A DNA stretch of 64,000 nt. It comes from an uncultured archaeon (GTDB taxonomy: Archaea > Altiarchaeota > Altiarchaeia > IMC4 > SCGC-AAA252-I15). Made by a program: the position numbers and the translations under genes. The notes under the pieces are model-generated. The model was given only the letters and a program-made list of their open reading frames with translations. It made no database searches and was not told the origin of the DNA. Shown one piece after another: positions 37,336-47,286 of the stretch. The stretch's first letter is position 1. The number at the start of each line of letters is the position of its first letter. Where the stretch lies: the NCBI GenBank assembly GCA_902384455.1, contig CABMCB010000094.1:53305-117304 (forward strand). The letters are read 5' to 3'.

Positions 37336-40035
37336 TTATTCGATTACAGGCGGGAATTTGAAGTTTAGGGTTGTTTCTCCGTCTGGTTGTCTTTCGACGT
37401 TGATTGTTCCGCCTAAGTCTCTTATTGTTGTTCCTGCGTTTCGTAGTATTCGGATTAGTTGTTCTCTGCTTGTTTGGGGGTTTATTGCATTTTCATATCG
37501 GTCTGTCGCTGTTGGGTGTTGGTATTGTGTTCCTGAGGTTTCTCCTCGTCGGGCTTCTGCTTCTATGAGTATGTCGTTGAATGCTGCGTCAGGTATTTGC
37601 TCTGCGTTCCACCCGCGGTAGTTGACTGAAATTAGGGGTCCGTCTTCGGGGTTTGTTAGGGTGAATGCGAGGCGCCCTCCTTTTTGGACGCCCAGGAAAC
37701 CGTTGTCGGATATTAGTGGCTTGATTATTACTTCGGATATGGCTCTTTCGTTGTCGTCTGTTGGTGCTAATCCAGCCAAAACTTCTGTTTCCGGATATTT
37801 TACTTCGAGTTCTATGCCGAACATCTGCCTTATTGAGTCTTGCCCTCTGGCTAGTGCCGCAACTTTTTTAGTCAACTCCAACACCATTCCTTTTATTTGA
37901 GGGTTTACAGGCAGAGTGATTTTAAATCTTGTTCCGTGGTCTTGCGGGTCGACCGAGCTTTCTATTCCTATTGTTCCCCCGTGCGCTTCGATGAGGCTTT
38001 TGGATATGTCCAACCCCAGTCCTTGACCGCCCTTAGCCGTATCTCCTGCTTCATCTACTTGGGCGCCTCGAGTGAATATCCCGCCTATTTGGTCGGCTGG
38101 TATTCCGCGGCCTGTGTCTGCGACTATTATTTCCACTGCAGGAGGGTCGCCTTCTTTTCGTCTTGCCGACACCGTAACCGTGTTTGCTTGCACTTCGCCG
38201 CTTTCGCTGACTGCAGGGAACTTGAATGCGTTGCCTACGAGGTTTATTAACACACGACCGAGTTTCACGGGGTCTGCGTTTACGACCGCGTCTTCTTCGC
38301 ATTGTGTTTCCAGAGCTTTTTCAGGCCCTTGTGATGGGTTGGATTTTTGGCGGACGGCGGTTTCCGTTTGGATTGTGGCTGCGACTGCGTTGAGTGTTTG
38401 GGGTATGAACTCGGCTAGTTGCAGGCGTTTGGGTTGAACCAGTATTCCCCTTGCTTTTATTTCGGCGCCTTGGTCCGTTATCACTCCCTCAAGACGCCCC
38501 ATTTCAAAGTCTAATATTTCGAAGGTACTGAGGTCTAATAGTGCTGTATGTAGCAGACTGCTGAATATCGGGTTTTCTGCTGCAACTAGAAGCGCCTCCG
38601 CTTTTCGTACGTTCTCCAAATCCTCGGGGGACGCTGCCGCCTTATTCTGCGCGACATACGTCGTGACTAATCCTAAAAACTCCGGAACATCGGTTCGTTT
38701 TTTGCGGACTTCTGCGAGTACTTGAGGGGGAGTCCCTATTTCACGCAGCGCTTGTCGGCTTCTTCGCGCAGTATGCGCAGAAAATCCGCCTATTGTAGCT
38801 ACCGGATTCCTTACGTCATGGGCCAAACGGTCAGCTAACACGGACATCAAAGCCTCTTGGAGGAGTATTTGCTGGTGTTCCTGCGCGTTGTGCAGCGCAG
38901 TAGACGCATCTTTAGACAGGCCCGTCAGGAACTCAGTGTCTTCCCTGTCCCAATCCTGCTTATTGGATACTAGTAATGCGCCTATGGTTATCGTACTTAT
39001 TTCTCCGGTTTGTCTGTTTCGCACTCTGCGGGTTATTGGAAACGTGCCCATAGAGAATATTCCCCACTTCTCGTCTTTGCTGTGGTCTACGCGCGGGTCT
39101 GCGGCGTAAGCGTCCTTCCCTAAGACGACAGGTTGCCCAGTCTGAAGAACCTCCTGGACTATGAGGTCAGTTAATACGTCGCTTCTTACCGCCTGCATCT
39201 GAGCGTCAGTCCACCCATTTTCACCTGCGCCAGGCGCCCTGAAAACTGCGCTATCTACACTAATGCCTCTTCTTGTTTGTTTTGTTGTGATAAGCAGTCC
39301 TTTAGGGGAATCCTCGTCTTGGCCGGTCCATAGTCCGGCAAGTAGCACTGCGCCGTTGCATACGTCGCCTTGGACTGTTTCGACGTCTATTCCCTCTCCG
39401 ACTAGGGAGACGTCGTCTCTTATCCTCTCAAGAAGCTTCGCCTGAGTCTTGTCTTCAACCCTAAGTAATACGCCTATTCTGTTGTCCGTCTGCCCCTCGT
39501 AAATAGGGTAGTACGTTAGGTTTTGGTGGACGTTCATGCCCAATGCAGTAAGGAGTTCCTGGCGTCTTGGCGAAAAATACTCCATATCGTACTCATGGAT
39601 AACTTCAATTGAGGGGTCTGACATTATGCGCCTGAAGTTTGCAGTCCGCCTTACGCCTTCGTCGCCTGTGACCACGTCAGTGTAGGGGATGTAGACTTCT
39701 TCAGGTTGGGTCTCAGGGTTTCGTCCCCACTTCCTAAGCTGCTCTCCTCCGTAATATACGACAATCCAGTCACTATGCTCCACGTCATCGGGCCTAGTTG
39801 GAGCAAGCGCAATATAACCTGTCCTAACGTCAAGCCTCCGCGTATTAATGTTCCCTAAAACCCTGTAAACGGAAGCGGCAGCAGGCTCATCAAGAGGCTG
39901 CCCCCTTTTTTCCATAGTCTCCAACACTTTCGCGTAGAGCGCCCGAGATTCAGGAGAAAGCTGAGGTTGACCTTCGCCGGGTTGATATGGGCCTGGAAGC
40001 CCGCTTTCATGGCCTTCTACAGGCTTGAGAATCAT
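37336..40035 (-). CDS. Cytoplasmic GAF-domain sensor histidine kinase
   Basis: GAF (YAADPRVD..FPI..IGALLV..ALHNAQ), H-box AHDVRNP, N-box NLVGNAFKF, DTGRGIP, GQGLGLDI, HGGTI. Confidence 0.9.
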   Translation of the reverse strand: MILKPVEGHESGLPGPYQPGEGQPQLSPESRALYAKVLETMEKRGQPLDEPAAASVYRVLGNINTRRLDVRTGYIALAPTRPDDVEHSDWIVVYYGGEQLRKWGRNPETQPEEVYIPYTDVVTGDEGVRRTANFRRIMSDPSIEVIHEYDMEYFSPRRQELLTALGMNVHQNLTYYPIYEGQTDNRIGVLLRVEDKTQAKLLERIRDDVSLVGEGIDVETVQGDVCNGAVLLAGLWTGQDEDSPKGLLITTKQTRRGISVDSAVFRAPGAGENGWTDAQMQAVRSDVLTDLIVQEVLQTGQPVVLGKDAYAADPRVDHSKDEKWGIFSMGTFPITRRVRNRQTGEISTITIGALLVSNKQDWDREDTEFLTGLSKDASTALHNAQEHQQILLQEALMSVLADRLAHDVRNPVATIGGFSAHTARRSRQALREIGTPPQVLAEVRKKRTDVPEFLGLVTTYVAQNKAAASPEDLENVRKAEALLVAAENPIFSSLLHTALLDLSTFEILDFEMGRLEGVITDQGAEIKARGILVQPKRLQLAEFIPQTLNAVAATIQTETAVRQKSNPSQGPEKALETQCEEDAVVNADPVKLGRVLINLVGNAFKFPAVSESGEVQANTVTVSARRKEGDPPAVEIIVADTGRGIPADQIGGIFTRGAQVDEAGDTAKGGQGLGLDISKSLIEAHGGTIGIESSVDPQDHGTRFKITLPVNPQIKGMVLELTKKVAALARGQDSIRQMFGIELEVKYPETEVLAGLAPTDDNERAISEVIIKPLISDNGFLGVQKGGRLAFTLTNPEDGPLISVNYRGWNAEQIPDAAFNDILIEAEARRGETSGTQYQHPTATDRYENAINPQTSREQLIRILRNAGTTIRDLGGTINVERQPDGETTLNFKFPPVIE

Positions 40036-40110
40036 GTATTAAAGTGGGTTTTTGAAGCATAAAATCAGTCAAACCCCCCTTTTTTATGCTCAAATGCCTC
40101 CGTAGTATAC

Positions 40111-40387
40111 GGTGGACTAGGCTGGGGGGCTGATCCTCTCCTGTTGCCCCAAACGGATCTTTTGGGGGGGCTGAAGTCTGCGGGGCGGCGTCCAAAACCG
40201 CCTTGAAGTCTAAGGTCGGACGGTGACTTCTCGTCCCGCTGGATTGTCCGCCGTTGGAATCGGGTCAGGCCCTGACGGGAGCAGCCCTAACAGCAGCGGA
40301 CGATGCTTGCGGGGTCACGGGGAAAAGAATGGCCTTAGGTTCCCTTCAGGGCAGTTAGGTCGTCCACCTGCGGACGTGTCCGCCACC
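40111..40387 (+). ncRNA. ffs: Archaeal SRP (7S) RNA
   Basis: 5' GGTGGACTAGGCTGGGGGG pairs with 3' CCACC; helix-8 signature GGGTCAGGCCC-TGAC-GGGAGCAGCCC. Confidence 0.9.
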
Positions 40388-40453
40388 TATCTTTTAGGTC
40401 TCAGATGGGCGGTTTGAGATGTTTTTAAGTTGCGACAGCACTAATAGTGTTAT

Positions 40454-41557
40454 ATGAATTCTATTGTCAGCTCTGCTATCCAACATGGAACACAAGATAA
40501 GAAGCTTGGGGAATTCGACGATACTGAAAAGCTTAAGATCGTCATACTAGGCGCTGGAGGCGGCGGAAACAACACCATTAACCGGCTGCACCGCGCGGGC
40601 ATAACTGGGGCTCAGCTTGTCGCAGTCAACACGGACAAAGTCGACCTTATGAAGAAGCTCCCCAACCAAGGAATCACCAAAATACTCATCGGCGCCAAAC
40701 TTACCCGAGGACTGGGCGCAGGCGGATTCCCCGAGATAGGGGAGAAGGCCGCTGAAGCCAGCCGCCATGAGCTTGAGGAGGTTTTGGCTGGAACTCACAT
40801 GCTCTTTTTGACTGCCGGGATGGGAGGAGGAACCGGCACAGGAAGCGCACCGGTGATTGCTCAGATAGCCAAGGAGGCGGGCGCAATAGTCATCGCAATG
40901 GTGACTTTCCCGTTTGAGCTTGAAAGAAGCCGCTTGGACAAGGCGCGCGAAGGAATCGACAAGCTTAGGGAGGCGGCAGACACCGTCGTCATAATCGACA
41001 ACAACAAGCTCGTCCAGTACGTGCCCAACCTGCCTTTGGACAAGGCGTTTATGGTAGCAGATGAAGTGGTGACAAGAAGCGTCAAAGGAATTACCGAGAC
41101 GATTATGGAGCCGTCACTCATCAACCTCGACTTCGCAGACATCAAAGCGGTGCTCGGAGGAGGAGGCGTCGCAGTAATTTCCGTCGGAGAAGGCGCAGGC
41201 CCCAACCGCGTTGAGGAGGCCGTTAAGAACACCATCAGCCACCCGCTTTTGGAAGTCGACTACAAGGGTGCGACCGGCGCGCTCATCCACATTACCGGAG
41301 GCAACGACATGACTTTAGGTGAGGCGAACCGCATAGGTGAGATGATTACGTCGGAGTTGGATCCTAAGTCGAGCGTCATGTGGGGTGCCCGCGTGAACCC
41401 GAATGTGAGCGAGCACTTGGACGTGATTGCGATTATTACTGGAGTACATAGCCCAAACATCCTTGGCGCAAGCTCAGGGAAGCCTAGGCGGAAATCCGAC
41501 GACTCCGCAAGCATGTACAGCAAGGACATCGACGAGCTCAACATTAAAGGGCTATAA
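40454..41557 (+). CDS. ftsZ: Cell division protein FtsZ
   Basis: GAGGGGNN, NTD, GMGGGTGTG tubulin signature, INLDFAD. Confidence 0.97.
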   Translation: MNSIVSSAIQHGTQDKKLGEFDDTEKLKIVILGAGGGGNNTINRLHRAGITGAQLVAVNTDKVDLMKKLPNQGITKILIGAKLTRGLGAGGFPEIGEKAAEASRHELEEVLAGTHMLFLTAGMGGGTGTGSAPVIAQIAKEAGAIVIAMVTFPFELERSRLDKAREGIDKLREAADTVVIIDNNKLVQYVPNLPLDKAFMVADEVVTRSVKGITETIMEPSLINLDFADIKAVLGGGGVAVISVGEGAGPNRVEEAVKNTISHPLLEVDYKGATGALIHITGGNDMTLGEANRIGEMITSELDPKSSVMWGARVNPNVSEHLDVIAIITGVHSPNILGASSGKPRRKSDDSASMYSKDIDELNIKGL

Positions 41558-41625
41558 AGTACGTCAAACAAATTTAGGGGGCCTTTTTTCGGCTCCCGCC
41601 CAATCTTTTTTTGTTGTTGCTTAGT

Positions 41626-42537
41626 TTAGAGGTCGTATTCGTCTGTGCGGGATTGGACGCTGCGTGTTTCATAGCGTATTACGTGGATTCTTTTAGGGTT
41701 CCGGTGGACTGTTATGCTTGATGTGTTTTCTCCGCGGGGGAAATTGGGGTCTGGGGGACGAGCGTCTTCGACTCCTTCCGGCTTAATCCACGGGCTTGGC
41801 GGCGTAATCCAGTCTACGGCGCGAAGCTTAAGTCCCTTTTTGAAGAAGGGGGTAAGTTCGTGCAGGATTCGAGGGAGTATTTCTGCGGAGTCTCTCCCGT
41901 TTCCTTTCACGAGCGCAAGTTCGACTTTGTTTATGCCGCCCGCTTCATCGCCTACTTCGTATGTGAATTCGAGCAGGCGTGCTGACGGCTGGGCATGCGC
42001 TAAGGCCAGAAGGTCGTCTGCCATGTATGCTGCGTAGAAGCAGCTTGTTGCGAAATCAGACGATACGCTTGGCATGTTTCTGGCTATGATGGCTTCGCTG
42101 GAGTGAACATTTAATCCGGCTGCGACCGCTTCAGACCCCTCAAGGCGACTTAGTTCTATGAACCGGTGTAGGTCTGAGCTTACAGGGGAGTAAGTTGTTC
42201 CGGAAGGTATCTGCCAGACTTTGACAGACGGTTTTTCCAGGCGTATTTCGCCGTGGACCGTCACTTGATCAAGTAAGTCTATGCGGCGCGGGTCAGGCAA
42301 AATATCAAGGGGTATGTCTTGTCCTAAAACGTTTATGTACTGCATTCTTTGCTTTGGCGGCGTTCCTGGCACGTCGATTGACCGGGCGAAATGCAGCGCT
42401 CGCTCTGAGAATGCGAGTTCGGCGTTTAAAGCCGCCTCCTCGAGTGTTGCGTCGGGAAGCGTTATTCCGTTTGTTTGGCGTTGCCGAGATAATGCTTGGC
42501 GGAGTTCGTCCGGCTTGGTTTGAGGCGTTATGCGCAT
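41626..42537 (-). CDS. Hypothetical protein, CheD/CNF1-like cysteine hydrolase fold (tentative), paralogue 2
   Basis: 303 aa; SSDFATSCF..ALAH resembles the CheD Cys/His pair; tandem duplicate of 42539..43450. Confidence 0.7.
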   Translation of the reverse strand: MRITPQTKPDELRQALSRQRQTNGITLPDATLEEAALNAELAFSERALHFARSIDVPGTPPKQRMQYINVLGQDIPLDILPDPRRIDLLDQVTVHGEIRLEKPSVKVWQIPSGTTYSPVSSDLHRFIELSRLEGSEAVAAGLNVHSSEAIIARNMPSVSSDFATSCFYAAYMADDLLALAHAQPSARLLEFTYEVGDEAGGINKVELALVKGNGRDSAEILPRILHELTPFFKKGLKLRAVDWITPPSPWIKPEGVEDARPPDPNFPRGENTSSITVHRNPKRIHVIRYETRSVQSRTDEYDL

Positions 42538-42538
42538 T

Positions 42539-43450
42539 TTATAGGTCGTATTCGTTTCTCGGGGAGGTGTTGGATTCGTATTGGTAGCGGATGACGTGGA
42601 CTCTTTTTGGGTTTTGGTGTACTGTTATGTTGCAGTAGTTTTCTCCGCGGGGGAAATTTGGGTCTGGAGGACGCGCGTCTTCGACTCCTTCCGGCTTTTT
42701 CCATTCTGCAGGAGGTGTTGTCCAGTCAACTGCCCGCAGTACAAGTCCTGCTTCAAAAAGCGGTCCGAGCTCTTGCATTAAGCGGGGGAGAGTCCTGCGG
42801 CTGTCGCTTCCGTTTCCTTTCACTAATACAAGTTCTACTTTGCTTAATCCTCCTGCTTCCGCCCCCACCTTTTCGGTTAGCTGCCTTATGCTGGAGGATG
42901 TTGGGGCGTGAGTGAGGGCTATCGGGTCGTCTGTTAGGTATGCGGCATAGAAGCAGGTGGACGCAAATTCCGAGGCTAAGTAGGGCACGTTTCTGGCTAT
43001 TACAGCATATCCAGATTTAACTGACTCCGCCGCTTCGACTGCCTCCGAGCCTTCTTTTAACCCCAACGGCGTGAATCGGGGTTGTTCATCGTATCTTAAG
43101 ACTTCTAAATAGGTTACTCCGGTAGGCATTTTCCAGACGGTAGCTTGGGGTTTCACAAAGCGCAGTTCTTTTTGAACTGCCAGTTGGTCCACAAGGTCAT
43201 ACTGGCGGGGTGCTGGAAGTAGGTTTGTGTCTATTTCTCTGCCTGCAGCAGAAGCCATGACAAGTATATCTTCTCTTTCGGCCGGAATCATTGACTGTGA
43301 GATATGTAGTGCTTTGGCTGAGAATGCGAGTTCGGCGTCTAATGCCACCTGTTCGCGTGTTGCGTCAGGCAGTGTTATGCCGTATATGCGGCGTTGCTGA
43401 GAAAGGGCTTCCCTGAGTTCTTCAGGGCGCACCTGAGGCGTTATGCGCAT
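42539..43450 (-). CDS. Hypothetical protein, CheD/CNF1-like cysteine hydrolase fold (tentative), paralogue 1
   Basis: 303 aa; ASEFASTCF..ALTH; shares MRITPQ start and KPEGVEDARPPDPNFPRGEN with its neighbour. Confidence 0.7.
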   Translation of the reverse strand: MRITPQVRPEELREALSQQRRIYGITLPDATREQVALDAELAFSAKALHISQSMIPAEREDILVMASAAGREIDTNLLPAPRQYDLVDQLAVQKELRFVKPQATVWKMPTGVTYLEVLRYDEQPRFTPLGLKEGSEAVEAAESVKSGYAVIARNVPYLASEFASTCFYAAYLTDDPIALTHAPTSSSIRQLTEKVGAEAGGLSKVELVLVKGNGSDSRRTLPRLMQELGPLFEAGLVLRAVDWTTPPAEWKKPEGVEDARPPDPNFPRGENYCNITVHQNPKRVHVIRYQYESNTSPRNEYDL

Positions 43451-43484
43451 GAGTTAATTACGGGAATCCTAAGGCAAAATACGT

Positions 43485-44702
43485 TCAATCCTTTATTCCC
43501 AGTAGAATCCGCATGAAATCGCGGCCTTCCCTTAGGCCCAGTGACCCTTTTGCGCAGGCTTCTTCAGAGTATTCCGGCAGATTGTCTCCTTTTGTTTTTG
43601 GGTTGTAGATTATGAAGGGTACTGGGTCGCGGTTGTGTGTTTTTAGCGGTATGGGTGTTGCGTGGTCTGGTAGTATTCCTATTGCGAATTCTTCGCCGGA
43701 TTTCTCAAGCGCAAAGAGTATGGGCGCGACGACTTTGGCGTCTAAGTCTTCTATGGCTTTGATTTTCTTTTTTACGTCTCCTTCGTGGCCTGCTTCGTCG
43801 GGTGCTTCTATGTGTACGCAGGCGAAGTTGCCTTTTTCGAGTGCTGATAATGCCGCCTCTACTTTTCCCTCGTAGTTTGTGTCGAGGTATCCTGTTGCTC
43901 CGGGCACGTCTGGGACGGACAGTTCGGTTAGGCGGCCTATTCCTTTGAGTAGGTCTACTGCGGAGATTATGCTTCCTGTTAGGCCGTATTTTTGTTTGAA
44001 GGATTGTAGGTTGGGTTTTTTTCCGCTGCCCCATAGCCATATCATGTTGGCTGGTTTTTTTCCGGCTTTGGTTCTGGCGGCGTTTATGGGGTCGTCTTTT
44101 AGGATTTCGTTTGAGCGTTCCATTATTTGCCGCAGGAATTGAGATGTTTTTGCGCCTTCTGGTTTTGTTGCGGTGGGCCAGTTGTCTTTTATTTGTTTGC
44201 CGACTATGTCGTGGGGCGGTTTGCATTGGATGGCATCGGACCATTTGCTTCTTAGAACCATTATGTGCCTGTATCCAACACCCGGATGAAACTCCGCGCC
44301 CATCTGCCCCAACTCCTTTTGAAGCCGCCGTATTATTTTTGCTCCCTCTTCGGAATTGATGTGGCCTGCGTTGAAGTCTATTATGGCGCCGTCTTTCTCA
44401 GTGATTAGGTTGCACCTGAACGCGACGTCGTTGGGCCCCATATTTATTCCCATGCTCGCCGCCTCAATTGGCGCGCGGCCGCTGTATGATTTGCTTAGGT
44501 CGTAGCCCAGTAGTGATAGGTGGGCTGCGTCGCTTCCTGCGGGGAATCTTTCGTCTGAGACCGTCTTAAGTAGGCCGCATCTCCCTGTTTTTGCGAGTTT
44601 GTTTAGCGCGGGTTTTTTGGCGGCTTGTAGGGGTGTTTTGCCTTTTAGCTGTTTTAGCGGCATGTCGCTCATGCCGTCGCCGATTATTATGACGTATTTC
44701 AT
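43485..44702 (-). CDS. apgM: Cofactor-independent phosphoglycerate mutase (ApgM type)
   Basis: GDGMSD, GKTPLQ, GSDAAHLS, EAPDEAGH, PDHATP, HNRDPVP. Confidence 0.93.
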   Translation of the reverse strand: MKYVIIIGDGMSDMPLKQLKGKTPLQAAKKPALNKLAKTGRCGLLKTVSDERFPAGSDAAHLSLLGYDLSKSYSGRAPIEAASMGINMGPNDVAFRCNLITEKDGAIIDFNAGHINSEEGAKIIRRLQKELGQMGAEFHPGVGYRHIMVLRSKWSDAIQCKPPHDIVGKQIKDNWPTATKPEGAKTSQFLRQIMERSNEILKDDPINAARTKAGKKPANMIWLWGSGKKPNLQSFKQKYGLTGSIISAVDLLKGIGRLTELSVPDVPGATGYLDTNYEGKVEAALSALEKGNFACVHIEAPDEAGHEGDVKKKIKAIEDLDAKVVAPILFALEKSGEEFAIGILPDHATPIPLKTHNRDPVPFIIYNPKTKGDNLPEYSEEACAKGSLGLREGRDFMRILLGIKD

Positions 44703-44756
44703 TTGTGGTTGATTTTATCCTAGAGAGTGGAAATTAAATAGGGAAGGTATTTTGGT

Positions 44757-45209
44757 GTGAAGATTAGGCCTTTTGAGTTGGGGGATGCGAAGGATATTGC
44801 GCGTCTTCATACTTCTGAGAAGGGTTGGTTTGAGGAGGATTATGTTAGTGAGGAGTTTGTTGATGCTGCAAGCAGGCGGCTTGATTTCCAGTTTTTTGTG
44901 GCAATAGACTTGGACGGCAGGTTTGCGGGTTTTGTGGGGGCGCTTTTTTACGACTCAGTAGGCAGGGCTGAAGTGGGTCCTATTGCGGTTGAGCCTTATG
45001 CGCGCGGTAAGGGTGTTGGTGGGGAGCTTCTTGAGTCGATGGTTGAGTTCCTTAGGGGTAAGGGCATTAGGAGGGTTGCTGCTCTTGTGAAGGCGGGCAA
45101 CAAGGAGGCTCTTCGTTTTTTTGAGTATCACGGCTTCCACAATGAGGCGTTGCTGGGCAGTTACACCAGGAGGGGGGAGGACGTGGCGCAGCTTGTCAGG
45201 TTTATCTGA
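44757..45209 (+). CDS. GNAT family N-acetyltransferase
   Basis: IAVEPYARGKGVGGELL motif A; NKEALRFFEYHGF motif B. Confidence 0.9.
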   Translation: MKIRPFELGDAKDIARLHTSEKGWFEEDYVSEEFVDAASRRLDFQFFVAIDLDGRFAGFVGALFYDSVGRAEVGPIAVEPYARGKGVGGELLESMVEFLRGKGIRRVAALVKAGNKEALRFFEYHGFHNEALLGSYTRRGEDVAQLVRFI

Positions 45210-45214
45210 TTTTG

Positions 45215-46186
45215 TTATCTGCCGACTTCTATTATCGTCCGGGCTATTTGGCGCCAGCTGTATTTTAGCGCCGTATTCCTTACTCGGACCCTGTCTTTTT
45301 TTGCGGCTTCAATTATGCTTTCCGCCAGTTTCTTGGGTTTTCCGACTGGAGTCAGTATTCCCGCATCGTAAGTTACTATTTCAGGTATTCCGCCGACTGG
45401 AGTTGCCACCACGGGGCAGCCGCATGCCATTGCCTCAAGTAGGGTGAGTGGCGTTCCTTCGGAGCGCGATGGCAGGCAGAATACGTCACAGATGTTGTAG
45501 TATGCGGGGAGGTTTTCGTGGCTTATTTTTCCTGCGTACTTAATCCGCGGGACCTCCTTCACTTCGTCGCCTCCTACGGCGATCAGCGAATACTCTTGAG
45601 GCAGGTAATTTAGCGCGTCGACCAGGTCCGCGAATCCCTTGGACTTGGTTAGGCGGCCTACGAACAGGATTTTTTTTGCGGTTTCTTGGGTTCTTTTTTT
45701 GGGTTTGAATTGTTCTGTGTCTACGCCGGGGTATATGACGTGCATCTTGCTTTCGTTTTCGATTTTTGTGAGGAATTTTTTCAGCCTTTCGTTTATGCAC
45801 ACTATCCGTTCTGTGAGTATCAGGTCCAGCACTTCGAATGCGGCGTCCACGTATGTGAACGGGCTGAAGTATGCTTTTTTGTCGGTGAAGAACCTTTGGA
45901 GCCCGCTTCCGTGGAATATGGATACGACCCTCTTTGTTTTTGTTATGAGGCGCAGTGAATGGCTGTTTGAGATTACTAGGTCGTATGAGCTTAGGTCGTG
46001 GGATGTCAGGCAGAATCTGAGCGTCGTCCATGTGAGTGAGAGGTGGCCGCCGATTTTCTTTTTGGGGGATATTACGTCTATTTTGTGGCCGTCTTTTTTG
46101 AGTGCGTTTGTTAGTTCTTTGATGTAGAGTTCTACTCCGCCTACGTTTTGGTCTGGGTCTGATGCTGTGAGTATTGCTATGTTCAT
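45215..46186 (-). CDS. Glycosyltransferase family 4
   Basis: GGVE, PGVD, FVGRL..KG, EGTPLTLLEAMACG (EX7E). Confidence 0.92.
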   Translation of the reverse strand: MNIAILTASDPDQNVGGVELYIKELTNALKKDGHKIDVISPKKKIGGHLSLTWTTLRFCLTSHDLSSYDLVISNSHSLRLITKTKRVVSIFHGSGLQRFFTDKKAYFSPFTYVDAAFEVLDLILTERIVCINERLKKFLTKIENESKMHVIYPGVDTEQFKPKKRTQETAKKILFVGRLTKSKGFADLVDALNYLPQEYSLIAVGGDEVKEVPRIKYAGKISHENLPAYYNICDVFCLPSRSEGTPLTLLEAMACGCPVVATPVGGIPEIVTYDAGILTPVGKPKKLAESIIEAAKKDRVRVRNTALKYSWRQIARTIIEVGR

Positions 46187-47286
46187 TTCTTTGTTGTTTT
46201 TTGGTATGTTTCTTTGAGTTTTTTGGAGAGTGTTTTCCAGTCGTATTTTTCTTCTGCGAGTTTTCTGGCTGCGTACGCCCTTTTTGCCGCGTGCTCAGGG
46301 TCTTCGTAGATTTTTTTGAGGGTTTGAGCCATTTCGTCTGGTTTTCCGACTGTCACGACGTATCCTGCCCCGTCGAGTATGTGTTTTATTTCGCCTACGT
46401 CTGTTGCGACGATTGGTTTGCCTGATGCCATGTATTCGAATAGTTTTACGTTGCTTTGGTATCTTATTCCGGGCAGGTTCATGAAGGGTATTACGAGGGC
46501 GTCTGTTTCCGCTATGATTTGGGGCAGTTTTTGGTGCGGCTGCATTCCCTTGAACTCAAAGATTTTTGCGAGCCCTTTTTCTTCGACTATGCGTTTGAGT
46601 TCCTCTTCTTTTTCTCCGCCTCCGACTATGACGCATTTGGCGTTTGGGAGGTCTTTTTTCAGCGCCGCGGCGGCGTCAACCAGAGGGAGTATGTGGTCTA
46701 TCTTTTTTAGCATACCCATGTAGAGAAACGTGAATCTGCTATGGCGTATTATGCGCGGCTTGAATTCCCGAGTGTTTACGCCGTTTGTGAGGTAAACGCA
46801 TTTTTTGTGGTATCTAGCCGGGATTTTTTCCTCAAGGATCAGCCGGTTAGAATAAAGTATCGAGTCGGACAGCGCCATTGCGGCTTTGGCCAAAAATGTA
46901 GTCAACTGTATTTTGAGCCAGTTTTCCTTGTTGTCGGAGAGAGTGTCCGGGTCCCATTCGTCGCAGTCGAAGACGATTTTCCCGCCGAAAAACGTTTTGT
47001 ATGCCAAGGCCGGCGGCAGAGTGAAGAGGTGGGGTTTGAGTACGTGAATTATGTCGGGCCTGAATTCCCGCATCTTCTTCATGGTTCTAAGCCACCAACT
47101 CAGAATATTGCCAAACGACTTCTTTTGCAGCGGGAAGTAAAACCATTTTTCAGTGGAAGAAACCCCGTACCTGTCTTCATAAGGCAGCACCAGGAGGACT
47201 TCGTCGTCCAGATTTTTCAGCAGATTGTATACTCTGCTTGTGCTGGCTCCTGCAGTCGAAAACGGGGATATTGCTAAAATTTTCAT
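46183..47286 (-). CDS. Glycosyltransferase family 4
   Basis: NGVN, KLFEYMASGKPIVATDVG, YDW; probable start ATG 47286 (MKILAISP) overlapping the upstream stop. Confidence 0.9.
   Translation of the reverse strand: MKILAISPFSTAGASTSRVYNLLKNLDDEVLLVLPYEDRYGVSSTEKWFYFPLQKKSFGNILSWWLRTMKKMREFRPDIIHVLKPHLFTLPPALAYKTFFGGKIVFDCDEWDPDTLSDNKENWLKIQLTTFLAKAAMALSDSILYSNRLILEEKIPARYHKKCVYLTNGVNTREFKPRIIRHSRFTFLYMGMLKKIDHILPLVDAAAALKKDLPNAKCVIVGGGEKEEELKRIVEEKGLAKIFEFKGMQPHQKLPQIIAETDALVIPFMNLPGIRYQSNVKLFEYMASGKPIVATDVGEIKHILDGAGYVVTVGKPDEMAQTLKKIYEDPEHAAKRAYAARKLAEEKYDWKTLSKKLKETYQKTTKK

Noticed and set aside
40223-40417. 64-aa ORF upstream of ftsZ
   Set aside because: It lies almost entirely within the SRP RNA gene.
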